Notes under the pieces: model-generated
Seen by the model: the letters and a program-made list of their open reading frames with translations, nothing else
Database searches by the model: none
Told to the model about the DNA's origin: nothing
Shown here: one piece after another, positions 54,001-61,368 of the stretch
Position numbering within the stretch: the stretch's first letter is position 1
How the letters are laid out: every line of letters begins with the position of its first letter
Virus record (IMG/VR): IMGVR_UViG_3300034815_000029
Length of the DNA: 64,000 nucleotides
Reading direction: 5' to 3' (one strand)
From: an uncultured virus (IMG/VR IMGVR_UViG_3300034815_000029)
Lineage: Duplodnaviria > Heunggongvirae > Uroviricota > Caudoviricetes
Program-made: the position numbers and the translations under genes

Positions 54001-55891
54001 GCACTTCGGCAACCGGTGCGGCTGCTTTCGGCGCTGGCGCTTTGGGCAGGTATTGACCTCCGGGCAAAGGTGCGGCAGGCGTTACTGTGTCATCCCGCAC
54101 TCCATTTCCAACAGGTCCACCCGCTCCAGCGCTTCCAGCATCCGGTCCGGCAATTCCAGGTCGTCCAGTTCCGTCAGCGACAGGAATTCCATTGCCATCC
54201 ACAGGAACGACATTTCCGCCAGTTCCTCCGGCGATATCGCTGCCTGCTGGTAGGCTTCCAGCATCCAGTCCTCCGTCTCCAGGTTCAGCAGTTGCGCCAT
54301 TTTGTTCCCCTTGGTAAGCGAGCCCTTGAACATCGGATAGCAGCGCGTCGTCTGCGGTTGTAACGGGCGCCGCTTGAGGCAATACGCCCGACCGTGCAGC
54401 CAGGTTCGCCGCTCGGGTAAGGATGCCGCGCTCCGGCACGATCTGGCCGGCGGGGACTTGCGGCGGGTTTGGTGACATCGAGGCGATCACACCGGCATCG
54501 ATGCCGCGCTTGGCAAAATTGGTGTTCCCGACTTCCTGATCGATAGCTTCGCCTATCTGCGCTCCCGCGCTCCGATCTTTGGTGGATTCTGTTGCCGCAC
54601 CACCAATGACGGCAGACCCGCCGCCCGCGATTGCGCCGATCAGCGCGGCCTCTCCGGCCCCTTCCATGAGCGGCCTGCCGGTCAGGTAGTTCTGAATCAT
54701 CTGCTGCGGCAATTCCTGCCAGGGGCCTTCTGATAATGCGCCGACGGCCCCCTTCTTGACGGCGTTGTCGAAAACGAACTTCCCGGCGTCATCAAACATC
54801 TTCAGGTCATTGAACAGGCCGATTTTGTTGGTGACGCCCAGCACGACCATGTTCGCCATGAAGCCTTTGTCTGCTTCGGCCATGGCCTGCTCATCGGTAT
54901 AGCCTTTGCGCTTTAGTTCCTTGAAAACGCCATCGGCCTCTGCTGCCGCCTCAATTGCCGACATTGTTCCGGCACCAGCCCATTTCGCCATCACCGGAGA
55001 AACGATAGATAGCGCACTGGCTCCCTTCATTACGCCGATGCCGGGAACGTAAAACGACGCCATCGATCCGACAGCGTTTACCAGCTTGTCTGTGAAATTC
55101 CCCTCTGCCGGTTGCTTCCCTTGCGCCCATGCGTCCATGCTGTCGCCGATATCGGACAGCGATTGCGCGTTGGTTTTTTTGCCTAGGTAGGACAGCGATG
55201 CGCCCGTAGAGCCGACAACACCACCGGTAAAGTCGTTCCAGTATCTTTCGACGCCACGCTGCGCCTCGAAATCCAGTTTTGAATTTTGAGCAATACCCGG
55301 CATGTCCACGGCGCTCCCCATGGCCACATCGGACCGCGCCTTGTTGTCTGCTGCTTCCGGCGTCATCCCGCCTGTCGTGATCAGGTTGCGACGGCGATCT
55401 TCAACACGGGCAGACATCCCATCGAGGGCTGGAAGCTCTGCCGCCATGGCATCCTGCTTCTGCCATGCCGCTACCTGCGGCGCGGCGACCTGGCCCACAT
55501 AATCAGGACGGCCCGCGATTTCTGCGCGCTTTTCTGGTGTGGCCGCTTCAAGGGTATGGGTGATACCAAGACGGGCTTCAGGTCGAACCGGGGCGCCAGC
55601 TGGGTAGGCGTTGCCTTTCTCTGCGGGCTTGCCGTGCATTACCGAGCCGGGAAGATTGATTGTTTCTGATTTTGCTTCTGCGGGTTGGTCAGACAGGCCG
55701 ACTGCATCCTTGAGATTGTCTATCGTGCCGCTTGCCGCTAGCTTGGCTGCAGATCCTACCTTGGACAGCAGGCTCTGCTTCGGAGCGAATTCTGGATACT
55801 CGCTCTGGATCGCGGTTTCGATATCCTTGTCCGCCATGCCATCAGGAAAATCAAGGTTATCGCCATTCGGCAAGACAATGCGTTGGGCCAT
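42023..55891 (-). CDS. Giant DarB-like polyvalent virion protein (N6 MTase, SNF2 helicase, metallopeptidase, LPD38-like C-terminus)
   Basis: VLEPSVGVGNF/NPPF; HVVGAGKT, DEMH, ATGTP, QREGRIIR; HEAIGHHGL; VNFNRKG. Confidence 0.9.
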   Translation of the reverse strand: MAQRIVLPNGDNLDFPDGMADKDIETAIQSEYPEFAPKQSLLSKVGSAAKLAASGTIDNLKDAVGLSDQPAEAKSETINLPGSVMHGKPAEKGNAYPAGAPVRPEARLGITHTLEAATPEKRAEIAGRPDYVGQVAAPQVAAWQKQDAMAAELPALDGMSARVEDRRRNLITTGGMTPEAADNKARSDVAMGSAVDMPGIAQNSKLDFEAQRGVERYWNDFTGGVVGSTGASLSYLGKKTNAQSLSDIGDSMDAWAQGKQPAEGNFTDKLVNAVGSMASFYVPGIGVMKGASALSIVSPVMAKWAGAGTMSAIEAAAEADGVFKELKRKGYTDEQAMAEADKGFMANMVVLGVTNKIGLFNDLKMFDDAGKFVFDNAVKKGAVGALSEGPWQELPQQMIQNYLTGRPLMEGAGEAALIGAIAGGGSAVIGGAATESTKDRSAGAQIGEAIDQEVGNTNFAKRGIDAGVIASMSPNPPQVPAGQIVPERGILTRAANLAARSGVLPQAAPVTTADDALLSDVQGLAYQGEQNGATAEPGDGGLDAGSLPAGSDIAGGTGGNVVPVDGNGIPVADGTGRPGIAGPDAGSAGAGGPVGNGVRDDTVTPAAPLPGGQYLPKAPAPKAAAPVAEVPAGPKVLSIGTMPNNAEPITVKDGAIFIGKYPAQHFETGEDITVKPGASNAQIRDALKAAGAIGRGVKVFGVEKEEPKPKVKAKRIVDNTRDSLITAIGKLGGFHTDSVEANDIRTLLGVTGNMKIQVGSGLPVFLFNKNGKKPDDMAGALHEHGYLDEHDMNDMLDKLYNDKDQGSKYAQHQRGEEPEQEHEGVRHGYDDLTEADQSAVSEVVAADEDMLDDIPFMDIRTANKITSKQFKTIEEEEAAIFGDFNESTDEGTATGTEGGHGEADTRGAESRGEDHPGEAPGESAGVDSPSQEFSLEGQTESQVAAAERKAKAAADKAEREANKATGPSVTSDQVDMFNTQGGFDLRNEPASQQSSKPSTNTIFTEDAAAAARALLKKKLGQVNTGLDPEVMQAGITLAGYHIEKGARTFTAYAKAMIEDLGDAVKPYLKSWFLGVKFDPRAAAFSSEMDSAASVESVDVDSLQADKPAGPLHIFRNEDTGMESHVVTGTNGRFNVVQKDTDSGEFTLEAKIFPTEEAAIAYAKTINPEPKAEDKPKLSAREMGAAAFKAGKLSSPAMDKDYIDAYIKGKSASETIKSADEWSAGWHGANSAANPVDDFTKDTTPSKTDVTETNFGNIEKIVGDKLETNLPEVEHVTKGGAGKTIKGVIAKTLTEKQARTLDPTGTFKKDGGWFIRMRHVVRPEVRGSQTANEPDKDTFVGRNTDGKAIYQDARGVRFYTDSGFRVSESVGIIPGGGIEIRNRKDEYKTVEELAQDGQKPAATNEGTHYAAGKADFKAGKPRVLPSYFTTPSGKNPKDWYRGWDAANIAEHVDSATLKSGPTNGDDHANPIQTESVPAGSASETQADAATGSRDSQPLGAGLAGGREGAGGSGAVSGSPAKPGGTGAGSIEQSGEQSPGAPRDHSGVRPESEPTDDFVIDAEEIGKGGLTKKYRDNIAAIKIIKAMEAESRVATPEERKLIAKYAGWGALKGAFDPANKQWAKQHEELKGLLTDAEFKAARASTLDAHYTSPDVVKAMYSSLERMGFAGGRVLEPSVGVGNFFGLMPAALRNASNLHGVELDSLTSRLVTALYPKAKISHSGFEDFHIPAEYFDVVVGNPPFGSSPIVDSDRSQYSGFSIHNYFLAKAIDKLRPGGIMQVVVSHNFLDAQDNRARKWIAERANLIGVARLPNTAFKENAGTEVVTDIVIFQKKHSGEPASGAAHWVDVADQVNHNPKTGEAVTHKVNKFLIAYPDNILGTVSAAGSMYSANEYTVEASGKLKDQLDAWVKTLPKDIFKTIDRKSDKAIVDMAIPDGIKPGSYYMDASGKIMQRGEDVMGNKTATPWTPPNGKATDRMAGMIGLRDSMRKQMRLERSVDATADEIELNRKRLNNQYDTFLKQFGHVNSQVNRKLFFDDTEAPLMQGLEFDFDKGISKAVADKEDLELREPSATKADIFRQRVAFPPQDFITVTTAKDALLASLNYRGKVDRDYMTEVYHKTADEIIEELGDVVFDDPQSGIVTADEYLSGDVKTKLVEAKAAALDNPKYKRNVEALEPVIPADKKPSEISAAIGAAFVPAEIYEQFIQQISGGTATASYVKATGQWLISYHGGADAALNTGKFGTSHLSAQELFSLSMLGRGAVVKKIIKNGDGSTTTTLLEKETEAAREKQNAIKAEWQKWLWSEPARADRVASIFNDKMNRIVERKFDGGHMTFPGMNPAITLLEHQKNGVWRGLQSYQVLYDHVVGAGKTFEMAALAMEMRRMGIARKPLFAVPNHLTLQWRSEFTRLYPGSNILAATPEDFGKGNRERMFAKIITGDWDAVVIGHSSLKKIGLPEATERAVLQEQLDEITEAIEEMKRGRGDRNIIGDMEKIRKNLEAKMKEKLANIGQRDKMVTFDELGVDAMFIDEMHEFKNLTYHSTMDRNPGMGNPAGSAKAFDLFVKTRWLFDTFGDKTPFISATGTPVSNSLVEMYNMQRYMQYPTMKKEGLHVFDAWAKQFGSVENVYEVSPSGSGYRQSTRFAKFTNLTGLMNMYNTFADTVTLDDLKAQEEAQGKRFPVPKLVGGRPEIVVAKRSPMVAERMGIPRAEEDESGAIKFDLSLNSNALPEIEQVKDTGKWHAKATQINGEGIEYLTDIGQFDTEEDARLKIVERALSPVVTVDPESILGRFGRLRELTRATKGKVNALSLTGEANKLGLDYRLIDPSAPDFAGSKINLAVDKMVKVYHQWDADKGAQLVFCDMSIPLSARATFGASARRLYVRDEYQALEMKRGTLHTLEGHEDLPYFVVQRGEKDTKRFDAYDAVSGGKLFGDMRTKQEARDRANEILANTDQRQTWIENRERLGEISQEQIDEYNNENEVETEGFEFFSREDVAGMSGSSRFSVYDDIKAKLIKQGIPEREIAFIHDYSTPAAKDKLFKAVNKGAIRFLLGSTPKMGAGTNVQERLVGLHHIDAPWRPSDLEQREGRIIRRGNKLYERAAKAGNPDSFEIYIGRYATEQTYDTRRWQILEHKARGIEQLRNFDGTINEIDDIEGEAANSADMKAAASGDPLILDETKLRNDVRRLEQLQAGHADEVVAMARKAKAAQEYADTYGPKNVAELQELLDEIKKHPLNKDGYSPITVNTSKFADKEKAIKEIESVAGLVRSGLRESATIVYRGISFRLSAPHANIMVLDSPTGGVGTWSGSELFSASGFVQRLVNYAGRLPAALEDSKAKIEKSKQDAAAMVEQSKQPFAQSADLEHAREEHKKVQRALMAKGPAVPDEQKAAVAAGIEAQKAKLVKMGYGDALREYSGSNVAKETDQGTALYSRGDNAVRPGDVYRTPDGRAATITRTLPFGLAEVRLQKTGQLRVGSYQVAIIKEWEKIGQADSLDGAYDTPQELIDLAADKEAKLSRGNAQSGQPKAAVEAMAKKIMAHWKNAPSLTVVQSIEDLPADLRDQVYSANAENDMEGVYLPKSKQVYLVADHLPTPQRALFVLIHEAIGHHGLRGVFGDGIAPVMRQIYLTNKSVRIEADKLMKQYGYDAALATEEVLADMPGEVAIEKLNGWKRIVAYIMGKLRQWGITDKWTDSDVIALLAKAGRHVIDGGELKAIGGENVALASRQANLNIPGKPAPITPRQGGLGLNATPHVNQSAWDAPEASKMDNIIYELQDKHVDTKRVIEAINKNGQIKDSFDPYLQEELYHKRTAKRVSDFQTQELKPLLVEMTQRGVDIAQMEEYLHARHAKEANQHIADINPGNPDMQDGGSGMTNQEADDYLNGLAPERKKTLSLLAGKVDAMIAKTRQTLVDYRIESGDTIQSWSDAYQHYVPLFREDVGSGPGTGQGFSVRGSSSKARTGSKRKVVDIIGNIAMQRERAVVRGEKNRVALALYGLAKTNPNPDFWTADKAPSQRVLDEDTNTVVTQADPLFKSRENVVVSRMVNPQTGKVEEHAVVFNERDERAMRMAAAMKNLDMDDLGHVLGLAAKGTRYFASINTQYNPIFGLMNVTRDIQGALVNLSSTPIAGHQKEVLQHTLSAMRGIYSDIRDHRKGVTPSSKWATLWEEMQNEGGTTGYSELFRTSEDRAKALQSEIAQISEGKLKHAGRAIFDWLSDYNETMENSVRLAAYKTAIDNGMSKPRAASLAKTLTVNFNRKGRMGSQAGALYAFFNASMQGTARMAEALKGPAGKKIILGGLTIGVMQALALAMAGFDDDEPPEFVRERNIIIPLTPVSGKKNYLTIPMPLGLHVIPNIGRLATELALGGFRHPGDKAAQLLGILMSAFNPIGSATALQTITPTLIDPIAALAENKDWTGKPIYREERNGMNPTPGFTRAKNTSSFYARWAAEAINTLTGGTDYQPGKASPTPDQIDYLIGQVTGGVGREASKVVQSGESMFSGEELPAYKRPLLGRLYGDAEEGASQAGRFYDNLKRINGHEAEIKGRATHHEEYRSYITDNPESKLIGPANEAENIVRHLNKQKRMLIEKEAPRAQIKQIEAQITAKMTKFNDKVRALSTPATP
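51220..51495 (-). CDS. Nested out-of-frame ORF in the giant gene
   Basis: Globular-looking IANRWALGWP...YLEAL over a low-complexity linker. Confidence 0.55.
   Translation of the reverse strand: MQTLYKPSQYPQDLQAKLKRMPQLAVEIANRWALGWPEDVKALVEAGQYLEALQSQEEQEREVLSNPGNNHLARHEIIQEYGLSLSPPTTS
53062..53238 (-). CDS. Nested out-of-frame ORF in the giant gene
   Basis: GGAG RBS; helical MKERLQELKADMAKLTP. Confidence 0.4.
   Translation of the reverse strand: MKAPMKERLQELKADMAKLTPAARKVAEKIIRAKHLEKAQESIAHHKSSASKDKPKAR
54082..54300 (-). CDS. Nested out-of-frame acidic ORF in the giant gene
   Basis: AAGGGG RBS; L/E-rich sequence. Confidence 0.5.
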   Translation of the reverse strand: MAQLLNLETEDWMLEAYQQAAISPEELAEMSFLWMAMEFLSLTELDDLELPDRMLEALERVDLLEMECGMTQ

Positions 55892-55960
55892 GCGGGACTC
55901 CAAAAGAAAATGGCGAGGTATCTACCCCGCCATTCTCCTGTTTAGGCCAGCATTGAAAGC

Positions 55961-57250
55961 CTACTTATCGACAAACCCCTTTCCTGGCACGTAGACTCGT
56001 GTTCTTGCTGCGGGTTGATCGGTTGGCGCTACAGCCACCCCGCCCTTCGCCTTGGTAGCCGGACGTACTACGGTCTTTGTTCCATCCGATGAAAAGCGAG
56101 TGATCTCCCCGGTCTGCGGGTCTGCCGTCGTGGTGTTGCCGTACTGGTCGGTCGTCACCTTCTCGTTGACCGCCTCGCCCAATTGGGTCGCCATCTTCCA
56201 GGCTTCCGCATCGGTCTTGGCGATTCCCCTCTCCTTCAGCCATTCCGCCGTGGCCACATGGGTAGGCTGCTTGCCGTTAAGCTCGCCGCGCTTGGCGCGT
56301 GTCTCAGCAACGCTCAACATGGCGGCGAACCGCTTGTCGTCACGCATGGCATTGGCGGTATTCCTCATTTCCTCTCGCGCCATCTTCCCGGCCTCGGTCT
56401 TGTCTAGCTGCGCCTGCTTCTGGGTCAATACCCCCATTTCCATATTATGCTTGGTAATCAGCTCGATGGCTTTTGCTGGCTCCAGGCCTTGTATTGCGCT
56501 GCCAGCAATTTCTTTCGCCGTGGCGGTTTTCGCGCCCAACTGATTGCCGGTCTCGTCGTACTGCGTCACCGTGAAAGCATCGCCTTCACCTTTAGTGACC
56601 TTGACGAATTTCCCGTCCGGCAGACTCTGGTTATATAACTTCTCCAACACCGGCAAAGCGGCCTCATAGTTTCCAGACTGGACGGCATTGTTCGCCGCCA
56701 TCCAGGTCTTGCCGTACTGCTGCAACTGGTTGCTCTCGCGCAGTTTCCTTACTGTTTCCGCTGCGGGTAGGTTGTTGTTCTTGATATGTTGCGCCTCAAG
56801 CCCTTGGGAGTATTCGTTCCAGAACATATCCTCCTTGGTGACTTTTGGCCGGTCGATGGTATCGGTGGCCGCTGAGGCAATCGGTGAGCGCAAATCCTGA
56901 GACACGCCAATCTGAGCCGCCATTGAACTGGGATTCGGTCCATAACTCGGCGCGTCAGGATTGGCCGCCATGGATTGAGGCGCGGAAACTGGCGACTCGG
57001 CATCTGGAGTTAAGGTTACGCGGGTCGATGAAGGCGACGGTAGCGCATTCCGCCTATTGGCCTCGGCCTCGGCATCGCTCATCGCCTTCTCGCTGGCGGC
57101 ATCTGCGGTATCCTCTTTGGCGTACTTCTTCTGCGCACGCTCGCGCTCGGTGCGCTTCCATTGGATATCTTCGTCCTGTGCCTGCATGTCCTTGGCAAAT
57201 TTGTACCCGGTGCCGGCGCCCCCGATGAAGGCAGCTAGATTGAAAGCCAT
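55961..57250 (-). CDS. Internal virion/ejection protein
   Basis: AFIGGAGTGY N-terminus, coiled coil, position in the operon. Confidence 0.65.
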   Translation of the reverse strand: MAFNLAAFIGGAGTGYKFAKDMQAQDEDIQWKRTERERAQKKYAKEDTADAASEKAMSDAEAEANRRNALPSPSSTRVTLTPDAESPVSAPQSMAANPDAPSYGPNPSSMAAQIGVSQDLRSPIASAATDTIDRPKVTKEDMFWNEYSQGLEAQHIKNNNLPAAETVRKLRESNQLQQYGKTWMAANNAVQSGNYEAALPVLEKLYNQSLPDGKFVKVTKGEGDAFTVTQYDETGNQLGAKTATAKEIAGSAIQGLEPAKAIELITKHNMEMGVLTQKQAQLDKTEAGKMAREEMRNTANAMRDDKRFAAMLSVAETRAKRGELNGKQPTHVATAEWLKERGIAKTDAEAWKMATQLGEAVNEKVTTDQYGNTTTADPQTGEITRFSSDGTKTVVRPATKAKGGVAVAPTDQPAARTRVYVPGKGFVDK

Positions 57251-57285
57251 ATTATTTTACCTCGCTCATTTTTCGCTAGTATTCT

Positions 57286-58155
57286 CTACCTGATCGATCC
57301 GCCGATTTTTGATCCGGCAGCAGCGCCGGCTGGTCCGCCAAAATAGAATCCTGCTGCGGTTCCGATTGCGGAACCAATTCCTGCGCTTGCCTGCCCGGAT
57401 GCCGCCGTGTTTGCCGCATAGCCGCGCATTTGTGCATCGTACTGGCCAAGATACAGATTCCCGCTTGCCGTATTCGCGCCGACTGAGGTGTTGAATCCTT
57501 GGTTCATCAACCCAGCACTGGCATTTGCCGCGGCACTTCCTGCGCCGACGTTCGCTGTCGCGCTGTTCCCGGCAGTCAAAGCCAGTCCGGCGCTGGTCGC
57601 CTGGCTGCTGGGCAGGTTGCGCCCAAGCCCGGCCGCGTCCATCTTCTTCGCCCAACTGATTTGCTTGGTAGCGAGCCGCGCCTTGTTCATCGCGTCGGCT
57701 TTGCTCGCCGCCTGCTGGTCGCCGGACTGCTGATTGACCGTCGCCCACTTTCCAGAATTCGGGTTGATCCCCAGCGAGGCCATGCCGCGCGCCGTGTTCT
57801 CGCGCTGCGCATTGAACTGCGTATCCACCCCAGCGCCTGCATCCGTGGCAGCCTGTTCCTGCTCGCCGGTCGTGTCCTTCATCGCCTCGCCAACAATGGC
57901 GCCTTCAACCGGCCGGAAGGTGCCTTTCATGTAGTCGGCGTAGTCCTTGGCCAGCGCGGTCGAACTGTCCATCGAAGCCAGCGAGGCGTCTGCCGCCTTG
58001 ATGCTGTATTCATCAGTCAGCGCCTGCCTTGGCTTGTTATCTTCGTAGACTTGCTTGTTGAAGGCTAGTGCTTCACGTCCGACCTCTGCATTGGCCTGGG
58101 CGGCGACTCCGATAGCTGGATCTGGTGCTGGTGCTGATGGGGTTGAGCTGCACAT
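57286..58155 (-). CDS. Internal virion/pilot protein
   Basis: APAPDP.IG, MASLGINPNSG, Gly/Ala-rich C-terminus. Confidence 0.7.
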   Translation of the reverse strand: MCSSTPSAPAPDPAIGVAAQANAEVGREALAFNKQVYEDNKPRQALTDEYSIKAADASLASMDSSTALAKDYADYMKGTFRPVEGAIVGEAMKDTTGEQEQAATDAGAGVDTQFNAQRENTARGMASLGINPNSGKWATVNQQSGDQQAASKADAMNKARLATKQISWAKKMDAAGLGRNLPSSQATSAGLALTAGNSATANVGAGSAAANASAGLMNQGFNTSVGANTASGNLYLGQYDAQMRGYAANTAASGQASAGIGSAIGTAAGFYFGGPAGAAAGSKIGGSIR

Positions 58156-58165
58156 AGTCTTTACC

Positions 58166-58651
58166 TCAAATAATCTTGCTGTACTGCACTGCGACGGCCT
58201 TGAATCCCATGCGCTCCAGTAGCACATTGGCCTTGTTCATGGTCTTGACGCTGACGATCACCTCCTTGACGCCAAAGGCTCTCAGTACGCGCTCGATATA
58301 TTTCTGGAACCGCAACGAGGCAAACCCGCCGCGGATTTCTTTCAGAAAAAACAGCGAATCCTCGGTCGCCATCGGAAGTTGCGTGTGCATACTTGTAGCC
58401 AGGTACATCGAGCAATCCCCTACCAGCCTTCCATCCTTGCGCACCGTGAACAGGATATAGCCGCCGTTCCGCTCGTAGGCGATCAGGCTTGCGTAGTTCG
58501 GGTTGAGTGCGATCCCCTGCATGTGGCCCTCGGTTTCTTCCCAATGCGCCAGGTGCAACGGCTTCAGTTCTTCAAGTACGGTTTCCATGCGCTCCACGGC
58601 GAACACCAGGCCGGAATACTCGGTACTCGGAATCTCGTCGTATGGAATCAT
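58166..58651 (-). CDS. GNAT-like acetyltransferase
   Basis: D.LFFLKEIRGG...LLERMGF; podovirus tail operon position. Confidence 0.7.
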   Translation of the reverse strand: MIPYDEIPSTEYSGLVFAVERMETVLEELKPLHLAHWEETEGHMQGIALNPNYASLIAYERNGGYILFTVRKDGRLVGDCSMYLATSMHTQLPMATEDSLFFLKEIRGGFASLRFQKYIERVLRAFGVKEVIVSVKTMNKANVLLERMGFKAVAVQYSKII

Positions 58652-58652
58652 G

Positions 58653-58832
58653 TCACCCCTGCAAAAGTTCGATTACCTCGTTCACTTTGGCTACGATATC
58701 AGCAAGGGTAGCATTAGCGGCCAATGGCGCGATTTTCACTCCAGCCCGACCGGTAATAATGTCCACGATCTGCGCAATCGCCTGGATGTTCTTCTTGGTC
58801 GGCTCGCTGCCTGGTATCGCTGGCTTCTTCAT
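58653..58832 (-). CDS. Small hypothetical virion protein (59 aa, below the ORF-track cutoff)
   Basis: MKKPAIP...IITGR...ATLADIVAKVNEVIELLQG fills the intergenic gap. Confidence 0.65.
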   Translation of the reverse strand: MKKPAIPGSEPTKKNIQAIAQIVDIITGRAGVKIAPLAANATLADIVAKVNEVIELLQG

Positions 58833-61030
58833 CAGGCGCCTTTCAGTCCGAGCATGGATTCGGCGGCGACCACCGCATAAACCCGGACATTCCCAGCCAG
58901 CCGGTGCGCCATCGTGTCGGACTTGTACCCGGCCGGCAACGAAAATGCCTTGCTGTCTACCACCTGCTTGGTGAACTTGAGCGCGCCCCCAATGTAAAGG
59001 CTGTACTGTAGCGAGTCGAACGTCAGCGGAGGCAGATCGGCCAGCGCGTCGCCTCCAAGCGGATAAGCGCCGATGGCAGAAGAGCCCAACGCACCGTACA
59101 GCAGCGCTGGATCGCCGAAGAATGCCAGCGTCGGAGTGGTCGAGGTCGTTGCCGCCGCGGTCAGGGTAATCTGCGTTGCGCTGTCCACGCTCTTGATCCG
59201 CGTGCTTGCCGGTATCCCAGAGCCAGTCACGTTAAGAGATGCGTATAGGTCCGCCGTGGTGGCCAGTCCCGTTACTATGGCGGTTGAGTTTGTCACGGCT
59301 GCGCGACTGATCGATGCCGCCCCGATTCTTACCTGGTTGGCCGTATAGACCGCATCGTAAGCTGTCTGCGCAGCCAGTTGCTCGGCTTCTGTCATGGTGA
59401 AGTCGGCATCAATCTTCACCGCTCCCATGTTGACTGGCGGGAGCGTCAGGAATTCCTTGCTCATCCAGTCGTACAATCGCCTTACCCCGGTATCGCCTTC
59501 CCATTCTAGGATCTCGATTCCGACTGCCACATACAGTTTTCCGGTTTCCGGGTCGTTCCATGCCGCGGTGATGGCATCATTGGCCTTGGCCAGAATCCCG
59601 TTTCCGCCGTCAAGGATCAGCATTCCGCTGACGGAGGCGCTTGCCTCGTAGTAAGCGTAATACTTGCTGTCATGCAGGGCGGCAATGAAAGAACTCGGAA
59701 CCAGCGGCAGCCACTCTGCCTGGGTGTAAAGCGGCTTTGTCAGAAGATTTGCGCCGCCCGCTCCAATAAACGCAATCCCGCTGTTGGTCGGATACATCAC
59801 CCCGCCATCACCGGACACCATGCCGCGCTTGGACAGGCACGGCCAGATATTGTCGATCCGGTCCATGCTCATCGCGTCCGGGCTCGATCCGCTCAGGGTG
59901 TAGGGCGTTCCGGTCGTGCCGATCACGATAGTCGTGCCAATCGAACCAAGTGCCACAATCGGGTAATCCGTGGTTTGCCGATACCCAACCGGCCAGGCAT
60001 TAGGATGCCACGGCTCGCACAGGCACATTTCATTGCCCGCGAATCCAGCCATCATGCCGTTTGGCAAGGAAATCAGCCCGAGCATGTCCGCGGGCGGCAT
60101 GTGGTAGCTGGTGCAGGTCATCTGCGCGCCGTTGGCCGTGCTGCCGGCCACGGTGTCGCTGGTCGTGGCGACGGCGATATTCTCTTTCACCAGCCAGTAG
60201 ACGCCATTATCTGACCAGTAGATGCGCTTGGTCATGCTGGCGATATTGTGCGGCGCCAACCGCGTCGACGTGCCGACACCATCCGTGACGGTGGGATCAA
60301 CTGCCATCGCCACGCGATAGGTGGTCGGGCTCGGCACGTCATAGACTTTCTGCTCGCCGTTGAGCGAGGCCGGCGCAAAGCCGGAATTGGTCACATACTC
60401 GTTCGCGCGCAAGCCGAAGGTGCTGGTGCAGGTGAAAGTCAGATAACCGCCCGACCATGCTACGCCAGTGACGACGTAGCTGTTCAGAGGCGCCGTGTCC
60501 ATGCTGGCAATGGTCCAGGTGCCGTCAACCTTGCCGGTAATCACTGCCGAAGCCGGTGACGGCGCGCTTTCCTCGCCCCATGCGGTGACGAAGGTATATT
60601 GAAACGATCTCGATACCGCCGCCCCCGTTCCACCCGCATGGCTGGGTGACGCCGCCGTAGTGGGCTGGAATACGCCCAGCACATAGAACGCCGTCGGGTA
60701 AGGCGCGGAAGATGTTGCCAGCGCGTAATTGGTGACACGGGGCTCGCCGGCACCGGTAAAGTAGGTACGGTACGACGTATCGCCGGCAATCGGTCCGCGG
60801 CAGGCGTTGACATCCTTGTTCCAGGCCACAAACTTGTCGTTGATGCGGAAAATCGACTTGATGATGCCGGAAATTCCTGGCGTATTGGCAACGGAATTCC
60901 CGTTAAGCGATTTCAACTCGCCGGACACCAGGTTGCAGTTGATGGCGACCTGCGCTTGGTTGTCAGCAAGCAGTCGCTTGGATAGGCGCGGTACTATACC
61001 GCCAAAACCGTGGACGCGGAAGGCTACCAT
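58832..61030 (-). CDS. Tail tubular B / DNA stabilisation protein
   Basis: FGGIVPRL, YTFVTAWGEES.PSP, CEPWHPNAWP. Confidence 0.78.
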   Translation of the reverse strand: MVAFRVHGFGGIVPRLSKRLLADNQAQVAINCNLVSGELKSLNGNSVANTPGISGIIKSIFRINDKFVAWNKDVNACRGPIAGDTSYRTYFTGAGEPRVTNYALATSSAPYPTAFYVLGVFQPTTAASPSHAGGTGAAVSRSFQYTFVTAWGEESAPSPASAVITGKVDGTWTIASMDTAPLNSYVVTGVAWSGGYLTFTCTSTFGLRANEYVTNSGFAPASLNGEQKVYDVPSPTTYRVAMAVDPTVTDGVGTSTRLAPHNIASMTKRIYWSDNGVYWLVKENIAVATTSDTVAGSTANGAQMTCTSYHMPPADMLGLISLPNGMMAGFAGNEMCLCEPWHPNAWPVGYRQTTDYPIVALGSIGTTIVIGTTGTPYTLSGSSPDAMSMDRIDNIWPCLSKRGMVSGDGGVMYPTNSGIAFIGAGGANLLTKPLYTQAEWLPLVPSSFIAALHDSKYYAYYEASASVSGMLILDGGNGILAKANDAITAAWNDPETGKLYVAVGIEILEWEGDTGVRRLYDWMSKEFLTLPPVNMGAVKIDADFTMTEAEQLAAQTAYDAVYTANQVRIGAASISRAAVTNSTAIVTGLATTADLYASLNVTGSGIPASTRIKSVDSATQITLTAAATTSTTPTLAFFGDPALLYGALGSSAIGAYPLGGDALADLPPLTFDSLQYSLYIGGALKFTKQVVDSKAFSLPAGYKSDTMAHRLAGNVRVYAVVAAESMLGLKGA

Positions 61031-61368
61031 CAGCGTTTCCCGCCTTCATACGGAACAGCCAGGCCCAGCGCCAGCATTTCCTGATTGATCGATCTCCACC
61101 CGCCATCAACCCGCTCCAGGATGTCTACCAGCCAGCGCCCGTATTTGTCCGCCTTGGCGGTTTCTACCTCTAGCCTGCTCAAGTCGTTGCCGATACGCCC
61201 GATCAGCCATTGCTTTGCCGCCTCGCCGCCGCTCGCCATTTCCGGCGTGTTAATATGTGCCATTCGGCAGATGGCCCGATAGCTCATTCTGAAACCACAA
61301 TCGAAGGTCATTTCTACGCTATCCCCGTCGATTACGCGAGCAGCAATGATTTTGTATCGGTAGGTCAC
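61030..61368 (-). CDS. Thermonuclease (SNase) family protein
   Basis: RVIDGDS, INTPE, DKYGRWL, YEGGKR. Confidence 0.85.
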   Translation of the reverse strand: MTYRYKIIAARVIDGDSVEMTFDCGFRMSYRAICRMAHINTPEMASGGEAAKQWLIGRIGNDLSRLEVETAKADKYGRWLVDILERVDGGWRSINQEMLALGLAVPYEGGKR

